Part shown: positions 8,884 through 19,243 of the stretch, in pieces | How the letters are laid out: each line of letters begins with the position of its first letter | Numbering within the stretch: position 1 is the stretch's first letter | NCBI GenBank assembly: GCA_002794465.1 | Contig: MTSL01000072.1 | Location: 50,035-82,034, forward strand | Direction: 5' to 3' | Source of the DNA: Paramicrosporidium saccamoebae KSL3 | Lineage: Eukaryota; Fungi; Cryptomycota | DNA length: 32,000 bases | Made by a program: the position numbers and the translations under genes | The notes under the pieces: generated by a model | Seen by the model: only the letters and a program-made list of their open reading frames with translations | Told to the model about the DNA's origin: nothing | Databases searched by the model: none

Positions 8884-10224
8884 ATGCGCGAAGTGATCTC
8901 TATCCACGTCGGCCAAGCCGGAGTCCAAATTGGTAATTCATGCTGGGAACTCTACTGCCAGGAGCATGGACTCCAACCTGACGGCACGCTTGCCAACAAG
9001 ACTGTCCAGCCGGACGGCTCCTTCTCCACCTTCTTTGCTGAAATGGAGGGCGGAAAAAAGTATGTGCCACGCACAGTCTTTGTCGACTTGGAGCCTACTG
9101 TGATTGACGAGGTGAGAACCGGAGCCTACCGACAACTCTTCCACCCCGAGCAACTCATCTCTGGTAAGGAGGACGCGGCAAACAACTATGCGCGTGGACA
9201 CTATACCATTGGAAAAGAGATTATTGACCCCGTTCTGGACCGCATCCGCAAGCTGGCCGACAACTGTGACGGATTACAGGGATTCTTGGTGTTCCACTCA
9301 TTTGGTGGTGGTACCGGGTCTGGCTTTGGTGCCTTGTTGATGGAGCGTCTCTCTGTCGAGTATGGCAAAAAGTCCAAGCTCGAGTTCTCCGTCTACCCTG
9401 CTCCTCAAGTGTCCACCGTAGTGGTTGAGCCATACAACTCCATCTTGACGACCCACACCACCTTGGAACACTCTGATTGTTCCTTCATGGTTGACAATGA
9501 GGCCATCTATGACATTTGCCGTCGTAATCTGGGAATTGCGCGCCCCAACTACACCAACCTGAACCGAATCATTGCCCAGGTGGTCTCTTCCATCACGGCC
9601 TCCCTCCGCTTCGATGGATCTCTGAATGTGGACCTGACTGAATTCCAGACCAACTTGGTGCCGTATCCTCGCATCCATTTCCCCTTGGTCACTTATGCCC
9701 CCATCATTTCTGCTGCCAAGGCCTCCCACGAGCAGATGGCTGTTTCGGAGATTACCAATGCTTGCTTTGAGGCCAGCAATCAAATGGTCAAATGTGATCC
9801 CCGTCGTGGAAAGTACATGGCCTGCTGTCTGCTGTACCGCGGAGAAGTCGCCCCCAACGACGTTACCTCAGCAATCGCCGCCATCAAGACGAAGCGCACC
9901 ATTCAGTTTGTTGACTGGTGTCCAACTGGCTTCAAGGTGGGCATTAATCACCAGGCTCCCACTGCTGTCACTGGCAGCGAAATGGCACCCGTTAAGCGTG
10001 CCGTGTGCATGTTGAGCAATACCACTGCCATTGCGGAGGCTTGGAGCCGTCTCGATCACAAGTTTGACTTGATGTATGCCAAGCGTGCCTTTGTGCATTG
10101 GTACGTTGGTGAGGGTATGGAGGAGGGAGAGTTCTCTGAGGCACGCGAGGATCTGGCTGCTCTTGAGCGCGATTACCAAGAAGTTGCCTCCGAGTCGATC
10201 GCTGCCGATATGGACGAATATTAA
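8884..10224 (+). CDS. TUB1: Alpha-tubulin, intronless, 446 aa
   Basis: [13 protein letters not shown] start, GGGTGSG signature, [13 protein letters not shown]-terminal EY. Confidence 0.98.
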   Translation: MREVISIHVGQAGVQIGNSCWELYCQEHGLQPDGTLANKTVQPDGSFSTFFAEMEGGKKYVPRTVFVDLEPTVIDEVRTGAYRQLFHPEQLISGKEDAANNYARGHYTIGKEIIDPVLDRIRKLADNCDGLQGFLVFHSFGGGTGSGFGALLMERLSVEYGKKSKLEFSVYPAPQVSTVVVEPYNSILTTHTTLEHSDCSFMVDNEAIYDICRRNLGIARPNYTNLNRIIAQVVSSITASLRFDGSLNVDLTEFQTNLVPYPRIHFPLVTYAPIISAAKASHEQMAVSEITNACFEASNQMVKCDPRRGKYMACCLLYRGEVAPNDVTSAIAAIKTKRTIQFVDWCPTGFKVGINHQAPTAVTGSEMAPVKRAVCMLSNTTAIAEAWSRLDHKFDLMYAKRAFVHWYVGEGMEEGEFSEAREDLAALERDYQEVASESIAADMDEY

Positions 10225-10490
10225 GTCGGAAGTATTAAGTTGTTCAAATCCAAATAAATAATCTCTATCGATCCTACGAGTTGCAACTGTAAAGCGTGGG
10301 TACATTTAGTCTTATTTGTAAGCTGTAGTTTTGGGTGTGGATGTTTCGTTTATCATCCATGCTAGAGCTATAGGATTTCTCTCGAGCCGCCTGCATATAG
10401 ACATGCGGTCAGCTGATTGGTCAGTGGCATTCCTTTGTTGCTTCACAGACGGCCTTGTCGCTAGCAAAGGGCATTGCTCACGTTGCCCAA

Positions 10491-11315
10491 ATGCACTCTT
10501 TAGATTTTCTCGAAAAGGCTGTATCCCTCTCTTCCAAAGAGTTCATCCGTGGCTTCATTATCGGCCAGTTTGCCCTCCTCTTGGTACTGTTGCTGCTTGC
10601 TCGCCTCCTTTTCTTCCGCTCTCCCACCCCCCTTGAGCCTATCCGCTTTCCTTCCAAGCCCAAGTCCAAAAAAGCACCGTCACCCAGCATGCCTATCCTT
10701 CCCGGTCGCGAATCTTGCGTCTGGGTCAATTCCATACTCGTCCAGCTGCTAGGGCCCTTGAAGACGCTGCTCTTGGATGGCGATACACTGGAGCACCTTT
10801 CAGCGCTACTGAATGGTTATGTAGGAGGAAGCGACATGGTAGGAACTATGGAGATTTTGAAATTCGAGCTAGGCGATTCCTGTCCACAAGTACGCTGGAT
10901 TGAGACACTCTCCGAGGCATCCTGGGAGATACAGATTGAATGGAATGACGTGGCTGAGCTGGACCTAGACACGGCAGTCATCCTGTCATGGCCGCCACGA
11001 CAGCACCTGGCATCACTTCCCTGTTCATTCTCGTTTGCAGTGAAATCTGTCATGGCCACGCTAAAGGTGGTGCTGGAGGGAGACAAAATGTATATCTCGG
11101 CATTAAGCGATGGTTTTGAGCTGGATCTGCGGATCCATTCGCTGATCGGGCACCGCAGTAAGCTGAAGGATATCCCAAAGCTCACCAGTGTTCTGCGAGA
11201 AAGACTGAGGGGAGTGATTGAGCAAAAACTTATTGATCCTCATAGGATCGAGATGGACGTTGGCGAAATGGCCAGGAAGATTATTTTACCACAACCCACA
11301 AAGACTGTAGATTAG
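10491..11315 (+). CDS. MMM1: ERMES complex subunit Mmm1 (TM anchor plus SMP domain), 274 aa
   Basis: First ATG at 10491. FIRGFIIGQFALLLV TM, ESCVWVNSILVQ, LGDSCPQ, WPPRQHLASLP and LIGHRSKLKDIPKL. Confidence 0.85.
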   Translation: MHSLDFLEKAVSLSSKEFIRGFIIGQFALLLVLLLLARLLFFRSPTPLEPIRFPSKPKSKKAPSPSMPILPGRESCVWVNSILVQLLGPLKTLLLDGDTLEHLSALLNGYVGGSDMVGTMEILKFELGDSCPQVRWIETLSEASWEIQIEWNDVAELDLDTAVILSWPPRQHLASLPCSFSFAVKSVMATLKVVLEGDKMYISALSDGFELDLRIHSLIGHRSKLKDIPKLTSVLRERLRGVIEQKLIDPHRIEMDVGEMARKIILPQPTKTVD

Positions 11316-11390
11316 TGTGCGATTATATTACTCGTTTATAAAATTTACTATACAACTGAAAGACCCTGACATTTTACCAGGGTGTGCATA

Positions 11391-12539
11391 ATGAGCAAGG
11401 GAAAAAGGATTGCTCAAAAAAAGAGCTTTCTTGACTGTCTCGAGGCTAGCATAGACAAGCTAGAGACCGAACAGAGCGAAAAAGTACCGAAAAGGGAACG
11501 CTCCAAAAAGGTTACGTTTGATAGTCGTATCCATAAGCGTGGTTTCTTAAAAGACCAGCCTGCATCTGCCTTTGAAGAGGATGGGGAGGAGAGTGATGGT
11601 GAGGAGAATGATGAGGAGAGTAGTGGTGAGAGCGCTGGTGAATATGAAGGGTTTGAAAGCGCGTCTGACGAACAAGAGGGTGAAGAGCAAAGCGAAGACG
11701 AAGAACAAGAGGGTGAAGAGCAAAGTGAGGATGAAGAACAGGATGATTTTGATGCGCTTTCTCCTGCAGAACAGTTAAAAATGCTCATGATGCCTGTCGA
11801 AGAAGGAGAAGAAGACGCTGACTTGGACTATGCCGAAGAATATGATGAAGACGAAGAGGATGATGAAGACGAAGAGGATGATGAAGATGAAGACGAAGAA
11901 GGGTTAGAATACGATACTGACGAACCTCAACAGGACCTGAAAAAGCCAAAAAAGCGTCTTTTATCTTTGGATGATGATGACGAGGACGAGGAAGCTGTAA
12001 AATCAACTTTTGAAAAGCAACAAGAGCGTCTTCGAAAGACAATATCCGCGTTTGAGGAAGAGAACATTTCAGAGAAGCCATGGATGCTCCGTGGTGAGGT
12101 TAACGCCACTAGTCGCCCTGTCAACTCACTACTGGAGCAGGATTTAGACTTTGAACACGCAAGCAGAGCCGCCCCAATTATAACAGAAGAGGTTACCGAG
12201 TCCATCGAGTCGCTCATTAAGCAGCGAGTCAAGGACCAGGCGTGGGATGATCCGGAGCGAAAAGTAAAGAACACTGTGACACAAGGTAGGAAGCTGCCCG
12301 AGTTGGAAACGGAAAAGAGCGGAAAATCGCTGAGTCAGGTTTACGAAGATGAACTTGTCCAACCCAAGACGAGTGTCACTGTGGATGAACCCACGAAAAA
12401 GTCTCACGATGCAATTACAGTTTTGTTTAATAAGATTTGTCGGAAATTGGATGCACTTTCGCAGCACAAATTTACGCCGCGTGCATATTCACTTGAAGAT
12501 GTTCAGCTAAAGACGAGTAAAGTTCCTAAACACAAATAA
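11391..12539 (+). CDS. MPP10: U3 snoRNP / SSU processome protein Mpp10, N-terminal and central part; the 3' end of this segment is uncertain
   Basis: Acidic tract, then EKPWMLRGEVNATSRPVNSLLEQDLDF, IKQRVKDQAWDD, KSLSQVYEDE and KLDALSQHKFTP. Confidence 0.9.
   Translation: MSKGKRIAQKKSFLDCLEASIDKLETEQSEKVPKRERSKKVTFDSRIHKRGFLKDQPASAFEEDGEESDGEENDEESSGESAGEYEGFESASDEQEGEEQSEDEEQEGEEQSEDEEQDDFDALSPAEQLKMLMMPVEEGEEDADLDYAEEYDEDEEDDEDEEDDEDEDEEGLEYDTDEPQQDLKKPKKRLLSLDDDDEDEEAVKSTFEKQQERLRKTISAFEEENISEKPWMLRGEVNATSRPVNSLLEQDLDFEHASRAAPIITEEVTESIESLIKQRVKDQAWDDPERKVKNTVTQGRKLPELETEKSGKSLSQVYEDELVQPKTSVTVDEPTKKSHDAITVLFNKICRKLDALSQHKFTPRAYSLEDVQLKTSKVPKHK
11670..11899 (+). repeat. Coding acidic repeats in MPP10: a 33-bp duplication (EQEGEEQSEDE x2) and 18-bp DEDEED units
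   Basis: Direct reading of 11670-11735 and about 11843-11899. Confidence 0.75.
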
Positions 12540-12747
12540 ATGCATAGATGCGAGATGGCACATCTACAGATCCGGGTCTGTGAAGCAGTACCTGCCCATG
12601 ATTGGTGATCCCACGAACCGGTATACTGAGCGTATTAGTCCATAGTGGCACCTTTAATAAAGATATACTCTCGCGTAATAGCAGGGTCCTGTTTACAACA
12701 TTCCGCAATAGACTACTCCGTTTGGGCCTGCAGGGGGTGACACTCAG

Positions 12748-13086
12748 ATGGTTCGAAGCATCTCAGCTAGTATGCTGGAGGAGGCAACTCCCCTGCACAT
12801 GTCCTCTGCCACTCGTCTTGCCCCACAGGAGCACTACCGGCCGTCCAAGAACATCCCGCAAGCCACTACAGAAATGTCGCGTACCGACCGAAACCGCAAG
12901 CGTCGACAGACAAAGCTGGTGAAGAAAATGCAGAGACAGCAGAGTGATGAGAGGGCCAGGACAGCAGCGAGACTAGATCCAAAGAAGAAGGGCTCACTGG
13001 AGAAGAGGGAGGCTCTCAAGACGCTGTCGAAGAATAAGAATGTCACAATCCTGCCACAGGTCAGAAAAGATAGACGAAATAGATAA
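12748..13086 (+). CDS. MPP10: Mpp10 C-terminal segment, either the last exon or a separate gene
   Basis: SMLEEATPLHMSSATRLAPQEHY corresponds to the Mpp10 ISME..P...S....LAPQE motif; also EMSRTDRNRKRR and ALKTLSKNKNVTIL. Confidence 0.8.
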   Translation: MVRSISASMLEEATPLHMSSATRLAPQEHYRPSKNIPQATTEMSRTDRNRKRRQTKLVKKMQRQQSDERARTAARLDPKKKGSLEKREALKTLSKNKNVTILPQVRKDRRNR

Positions 13087-13213
13087 AGGCCTGATCTAGT
13101 ATTGTAGCAAATCTTGAGAGCTATTATTGCTTCACCAGACACGTGTAACCGATCATTAGTTAGTACACAATGAATCGGAAAGCTCAATAAATAAGTCTAG
13201 ACAGACGGTTTAT

Positions 13214-16200
13214 TTAGGCATCCGCAGAGGAGAGACGAGAAACCATTTGGGCTATGACTTGCCGGGCATCCTCAATAGCTTTTGGTGTACCACGAAGTTT
13301 AACCTGATCCGAGTTTTCATCCCTTTTTGGCACGAAAATGCTGCATCCAGTCTCCCCTTTTACTTTCTCAAGGTTCATTCCAGAACGTCCAATAATCGCG
13401 CCATGATATTGAAGCGGAACCGTCATTATTTGCGTGGATGCTTTCAATGTTGCCTCCATATCCTTGACAAAAGCGAGGGCCTTTTCCAGTTCACCAGCGT
13501 CTCCCAGGATCTGGATCCCATTTGGCTTGCCTTGGACTTTGAGATTAGGGAATTTCTTTGTCACGGCCGCCACTATTTCCTGACGATCTTCAAGAGAAAC
13601 TGGCACCACTTGTGGTTCTCTTACATAGTGCAAGAGCTCAGCCTTTGCCAGCTTGACATTCTCAATGGCGCCTTCGACAGTGACAAGAGTGTCTGCGGGA
13701 TTCTCCTTCTTTGGAAAGTGAATACTAACACTAAATGTGGTGCGGATTCTCTGGACGTTTGCTCCACCACGTCCCATGATCTCGCCGTGGAATCGGGTAG
13801 GAATATCTACAGTTTCTGTCATGAATTCTGTGGAAAATAGCTCGGACAGCTCCTTTATGGCAGAAGGAAGGACTTTCCTTTTCCCGCGGATGACAAATTC
13901 TTCTTTAGAGGGCACAGTAGAAATGCCAATTTCGAGTGCTTCATATTTGGTGATTAGAGCACGGAATGCGGCATTCCCAATTCCTGTCAATAGTTTAAAC
14001 TTTTCAGTTCCTGGTGAAATGGTCTCGCTCACTTTACAATTATCCACCAATTCTGCCACGAGCTTCTTGGCGGTTTCGATGCCCTCCAGAGTACCCTCAA
14101 AGGTCATGGTATAGTTTTCCTCTCTGTCGTGGTCTTTGTTGAGGTCAATGTTAGTGTCAGTATCAAATCTCAGACTGGAAATAACCGCTCCCTTTCGACC
14201 CAAAATAGCGGGGACAGCATAGTTGGGAACAGTGATCGTTTCCCGGTGACGATGGCTTTTTTCATAGGCGATAAACTCGTGAATCTCGGCAATAGCCTCT
14301 TGGAAGTTTGAACGTGGGCCCACAATTTTAATGTCGCTCTTTACCTCCTCAGTAGAGGTTGGAAGGACAAGCGTAATGTCGTACTTTTGAGCAAAATGTT
14401 TCGCATTCTTCCCGTTTTTGCCAATCAGCGCTCCGTGGAATTCAGGCTCAACTTGGATAATTTCACTGCCCCGATCGGCAATTTTTTGTAGAAACTGGAC
14501 AACACTAACTTTGAATGACTCGACATCCTTTTTGAGACCTTGGAACGTCAATGTCCTGGAATCGACTTCCAAATTTCTAATTCCATGGTCACGCGCAAAG
14601 TTACTAAGAGACCGAACAATCTTACCATCAGAGTTGGTGGCAGCGCTAAACGTCTCGGGCGTTAGGGCAATATTCCCAGAGTAGCTGTGCATGATAGCAT
14701 CGTGTCTAATCGTTTCTGCCTCTTTCAAAATTTCACACTGTGCCTCAGCGACCTCTTTGGATGGCCCTTGCAATCGAACGGAATCCTTCTCAAAGGTGAT
14801 CAGGATTGAAGGATATCGCTCCCTAGTCTTTTTGATATTGGTACCCTTGGCACCAATCAGTGCACCGTGGAACTTGCTATCAACATGGACTTCTGCGACT
14901 CGAAGATCTGCCAAATTGGCAATCTTCTTTGTGATATGCTCCTTGGCCGCACTAATGACCTGGGGGGAAGTACCGGCAATTACGACATTCTCACTTTCCC
15001 TCTCGGTGATAATGATCTCGACACCAAATTCAGCCTCAATCTGTTGGAGATTGTGTCCCTGCTTCCCAATAACATGTTTAATATATTCCGCATCCACAGA
15101 AATGCGCTCAAACTGGTAGGCGCTCAGTGCTTCAATGGCGCCCTTCAGCTCCATTACTGAGACCATCACTTCGGCCTTCTTTCCATCCAGAACAAAGCCA
15201 GCGTCGCTCTGGTGAATATGCACGGAATACTTCTTTTCCAGGTCACGGATCAAAGAGCGAGATTGATGAATAAGCAAAGACTTGATCTGCTCGTTTGCAT
15301 GGACAACCTGACTGTCCACCGCACTCGTCTTGTCCAAAATCCCCCGCACCCCTTTAAGCAATGCATCATCCTTTCCGTAAACAGTAATCGAGTCGGATGG
15401 GTTATCTGGGGGAGGCACAGAGATATAACAGCCAGTCTCCTCCTCCAGCGCGTAAAGTGTCTCGGCCTTGGGCCCCACAAGGAAACGATGCAAGGGCTTT
15501 GGCACCTGGGTTGATACCGTCTTGATCGTTTTTCTAACCTTTTCAGTGCGCTCCTCCAATTCTCTCATGGCTGCAACCACATTTGCACGATTGCCAGAAA
15601 AGGCTAGCGTCGCCAGTTCAGGATCCTTCAGATCGGTCAAAATCTTGACAGTGTGCTTAGCAGCAAAGTCGCGAATCGTGGGTGTAATTCTGCCACTAGT
15701 GGAGCATTCAAAGACAAAGGGTATCAGATGACGCTCCAGTTTAAAGCTACTACTCATCTTATTGAGTTTGTCGTGTATCAACGCCTCGATGTACTGCTTT
15801 GCCAGCGAGATGCCCTCAAAATCACCCGCAATTGAGACCTGCCCACTGTATGGCCTATGCACAGTTATGCGGGTGGAGGTGTCACTCATCAAGGCGGCAA
15901 TTTTACGCCCTTGTGGGCCAATCACTAGTCCCAAACACTCCTCTGGCACATCCAAGGCGATAGTGGCCGTCTCTGCTAGTCTGGACCATATTTTCCGCCT
16001 CGCCGCCATAATCTCCCCCTCCGTAGTGCCTTTGATTACAAAAGTGCAGACCTGCGTTTGTCCTGAGCGCGAAGCATCAATGACCGTATCCGTCTCGCGG
16101 CCAATTTGCTGACAGAGCTCAGCCAGGTTTGGGCCCTCACGGCGTCTTTGATGCTCGTAGGGCATCTGAAAAACCTGCGTGATGCCAGAAGGACGAACCA

Positions 16201-16400
16201 GCGCCTCTGTTGGGCGGCCAGTGCCCCATTGCAGTTTGGTAGGTGCTCCTACGCATTAGTATTGATAGGGTCGCAGTACCGTGGGCCGCACCGAGGGTGG
16301 GAAACATTTCATGAGAAGCCAAGTCAAGCGTTGGTTTTTTGGTGGAAACGGTGCTCGGTTCGGGCTGACTAGCAGCTTCTTCTGGTTTCAATCCGGCCAT
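13214..16400 (-). CDS. SCP160: Vigilin/Scp160 multi-KH RNA-binding protein, about 1051 aa, 2 exons
   Basis: Exon 16400-16280, 31-nt intron 16279-16249, exon 16248-13214. N-terminal FPTLG motif and many KH GxxG loops (IGPQG, IGKQG, IGAKG, IGKNG, LGRKG, MGRGG, IGRSG). Confidence 0.9.
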
Positions 16401-16679
16401 TTCAGTTTTCCGTAGCAAGGGTGCCCAGCCAAAATGATCAAGGGTCTCGGCCCCAATATCTGATCTTATGCATCAGTCTGTAAAATTTGTAAACAATCGT
16501 GGCTGTCTGGTGCGCTAAAATAGCTACTTGTCCATTATAAATTAACTGTTAACCCATTATACAACCAGTTCAAGTTGTGCTTGAAGCAGTACACTCTAAA
16601 CCTAGTAGGCGGCCATTAGGCCCTTTACTACCGCACTTGCTCACACACATGCACCTACCCATACTCACTCACTCCCACT

Positions 16680-18803
16680 TTATAAATTGTTATTCCAAAG
16701 TTCGCTTTCATCGAGCTTTTGGTTCCTAGTCACACGTCTCAGATTGCGGTTCTTTCTCACCATCTCTACATTGGGAAGTTTGGTAAAGAAGATCCCAACA
16801 GTCATTTCGGAGAGATCAAGGTAAGAATTTGGCTTAAAGCGATACATGGCGTATTGGGCAATCCTCGAGTTGTCCAATTCTGGTATGGTCAAGTTTGTGA
16901 GGGAGGAGCGCATGATGGACATGCTCCTATGAATGTAGCCAATGTAGGCAGGAACGGTGGGACAATAAATCATGTTCGTGCACAATAGTAGGTTCTCTTG
17001 TTTACCATGAATACAAAAGTCGGGACAGGTGTTGGGAATCCAGTGATTAGCAGCCAAGGTACAGTCAACAATTGTTGCGTGTTGAGAAGAGGTGCAGCGG
17101 AGAATCTCTTGCACCACGGCATCGTCAGCCACAAACTGGTGACCGCTGAGTACAAGTTCTTTGGTGTTGAACTTTTCTGAGCTGTGAGAACGGAACAACT
17201 CGGGAAGTTGGTCGCAATGATTCTTTGACTTTGCCGGAGGAACAAAATCGCGTGACATGTTGCTGAAATACTTAAAGGCCGTACGCAGGCCTTTCGATGC
17301 CTCCTCAAAGGATCTGCCCTTAAGACGTATCGGCTTGATGACAGAAGTACAAGTTTCGGGGAACGTGATATGTTCAGCAAACAAGGAAAAGAAGAGCAGT
17401 GGTTTGTGTTTATAGAGCAGGGAGAGCGACTCGTCTAACGAGTTTGGCTTCACAACAAATCCTCGAGGATTTTTCTCCCACTCTGCCGTGTTCATGTCAG
17501 CAAAGAAGTGACAATTGTCGGAACTCTCATCGCCGTGTGGCGAGATCAATGATAGCTCGTCAAACTGCAAAGCAATGCCTTGAATACACTTGGACCAACT
17601 TGACCGCAGTGGGACAGATACTTTTATCTTATTGCACGCTTCTTTACGTCCTGGGAAGGTGGTCAAAAGTGCCTCGTATGATGCTAGAGCATAAAACTCG
17701 TCCTCATTTTCGTTTGGCTGGACTGAACATTGAATCTCAAACTTGTTCCGGTCAAACTTTGATGGGACCGTCTTTTTCGCTTTGCACCAAATCTCGCTCT
17801 CACTGCTATGGGGGAGGAATCTGCTGATATAATCGCCCAGAATAGTTGCATATTCATTCTGCTTTCGCCCATAAAGAGCAAATGAGCGCTTGGCAAACAC
17901 TTGGACTAGATCTGAAGATATTGCATCAACGATGGCAAGCTGATGGAGGACTGCATTCTTGAATCTTTTTCTGGAACTGTCAGACATGCCCTGCAATCTC
18001 GACACAGCGTTGCGATGCGACATGAAGAGTGCAAGCCGCTCCATGCGAAGCTCAATGTCTTTCCTCAAGGAATATTTAGGCAGGGGAATTATGGTGCCAA
18101 ACTGACTATAATCTGGAGACGATGGTTGATCAGATGTGGTAGTCAATATGGCATGATTCGCTCTACCGACATTGTCCTGTAGCGTATCAGAAGTGTAGAT
18201 TGGGAGCTCATCCACAGTGACAACCTTGACATAGTTTAATGCCCTCGTTTCCAGACGGCCGAACGGTAAGGCGGTCGATGAAAGCACACGACATGCAATA
18301 AGATATGCAATACTTCCTCCGGATGTGTAGCCTATATGGAACTGTTGATATGTTGGGTTGCTGGCGATCACATCGGACACCTCTTCCCATGCGTCCTGAG
18401 CGCGCTCATAAATAACATTACGGAAATTATCTCCACCTTGCCCTGAGCTGTTGACGATGAAGGCGTAGCCAAAGTATAACGACCGGCTATCGTCGTCTTT
18501 AAGCATGATTACACGGTCTTTGATGCGAGCCGTGAATCCAGAGCATTCCCTTCTTGCAGTGATGTCTTCCGAAGAGCAATAGAGAGTTTTTGCAATCTTG
18601 GCCACTGTGTCATCATCCACGAGCCCCAGTTCAATTTTAGGATCTTCCTTAAAGTCCTTGAAATCCCCTAGCGGCTTATCTTTCAGTGAATCAAGGGTCC
18701 ATTGCATTTGATTCAGCTGCAATGCTTCATTGTTGCGAAGGGGGCTCATGTACGCATGCGCATGTGACACTAGCAGCGCCGCACAGATGGAAGATACCCA
18801 CAT
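16680..18803 (-). CDS. Secreted orphan protein with an N-terminal lipase class 3-like (alpha/beta hydrolase) region and a Cys-rich C-terminal half, about 707 aa
   Basis: ATG 18803 gives the signal-like MWVSSICAALLVSHAHA. HIGYTSGGSIAYLIA resembles the GHSLGGA.A.L.A elbow and VKVVTVDELP resembles the following strand. Intronless. Upstream in-frame starts exist. Confidence 0.7.
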   Translation of the reverse strand: MWVSSICAALLVSHAHAYMSPLRNNEALQLNQMQWTLDSLKDKPLGDFKDFKEDPKIELGLVDDDTVAKIAKTLYCSSEDITARRECSGFTARIKDRVIMLKDDDSRSLYFGYAFIVNSSGQGGDNFRNVIYERAQDAWEEVSDVIASNPTYQQFHIGYTSGGSIAYLIACRVLSSTALPFGRLETRALNYVKVVTVDELPIYTSDTLQDNVGRANHAILTTTSDQPSSPDYSQFGTIIPLPKYSLRKDIELRMERLALFMSHRNAVSRLQGMSDSSRKRFKNAVLHQLAIVDAISSDLVQVFAKRSFALYGRKQNEYATILGDYISRFLPHSSESEIWCKAKKTVPSKFDRNKFEIQCSVQPNENEDEFYALASYEALLTTFPGRKEACNKIKVSVPLRSSWSKCIQGIALQFDELSLISPHGDESSDNCHFFADMNTAEWEKNPRGFVVKPNSLDESLSLLYKHKPLLFFSLFAEHITFPETCTSVIKPIRLKGRSFEEASKGLRTAFKYFSNMSRDFVPPAKSKNHCDQLPELFRSHSSEKFNTKELVLSGHQFVADDAVVQEILRCTSSQHATIVDCTLAANHWIPNTCPDFCIHGKQENLLLCTNMIYCPTVPAYIGYIHRSMSIMRSSLTNLTIPELDNSRIAQYAMYRFKPNSYLDLSEMTVGIFFTKLPNVEMVRKNRNLRRVTRNQKLDESELWNNNL

Positions 18804-19243
18804 CCACAATGACACAATAAAGACTGAATGCCGCACTATTCGAATCTTATTCTCCTTAAAGTAATATGCTATATATGGCAAATTGATGAACATTGGGAAT
18901 GTGGGGGCTACTAACATTGAATTTCTTCTTTGAATGTCTTGCCGTCCAGGTCAGGTAAAGGACCAAGCAATAGATCTCTTTTAAAGGAATGATAAGCTTT
19001 CGGATTCTACAAAGATTGAATTGAAGATGCCTTTTGACATGTGCTACAAGTTTGGGAAATCATTTTCGGCACGTGTCGCAAGTTTAGGCGACGCTTTTTG
19101 ATCATTCTTGTAGGGCTACAACGGCTGGGCCCGACACTCATAATAGTTTGACAGTGACAGATTTGAACTCGTATCAACTACAGTTGACTTGTTCCACTCA
19201 GAATGTATAAAAGCACAGCCATGTTTGTTAAACGTGCAATATC

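Noticed and set aside
12598-12630. Box C/D snoRNA (ATGATT ... CTGA)
   Set aside because: Box C is imperfect, the boxes are only about 30 nt apart and I recognise no rRNA-complementary guide.
12560-12725. RNase P RNA in the MPP10 gap (GGGTCTG ... TAGACTAC resembling the P4 strands)
   Set aside because: The CR-I GGAAR and CR-V ACNNRA positions do not match, the spacing is only about 135 nt and there is no convincing P1 helix. An Infernal scan would settle it.
12526-12745. Nested minus-strand spliced gene within the MPP10 gap (intron-like GTATAT..CTAAT..CAG and GTACTG..TAG segments)
   Set aside because: None of the frame combinations I tried gave an ATG-initiated, recognisable protein.
18920-19240. 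Larger intergenic regions (also 6380-6640, 8560-8880 and 16420-16680) searched for tRNA, snRNA or transposon ends
   Set aside because: I recognised no cloverleaf with A/B boxes, snRNA signature, terminal inverted repeat or transposase. A tRNAscan or Infernal run would be needed to exclude them fully.
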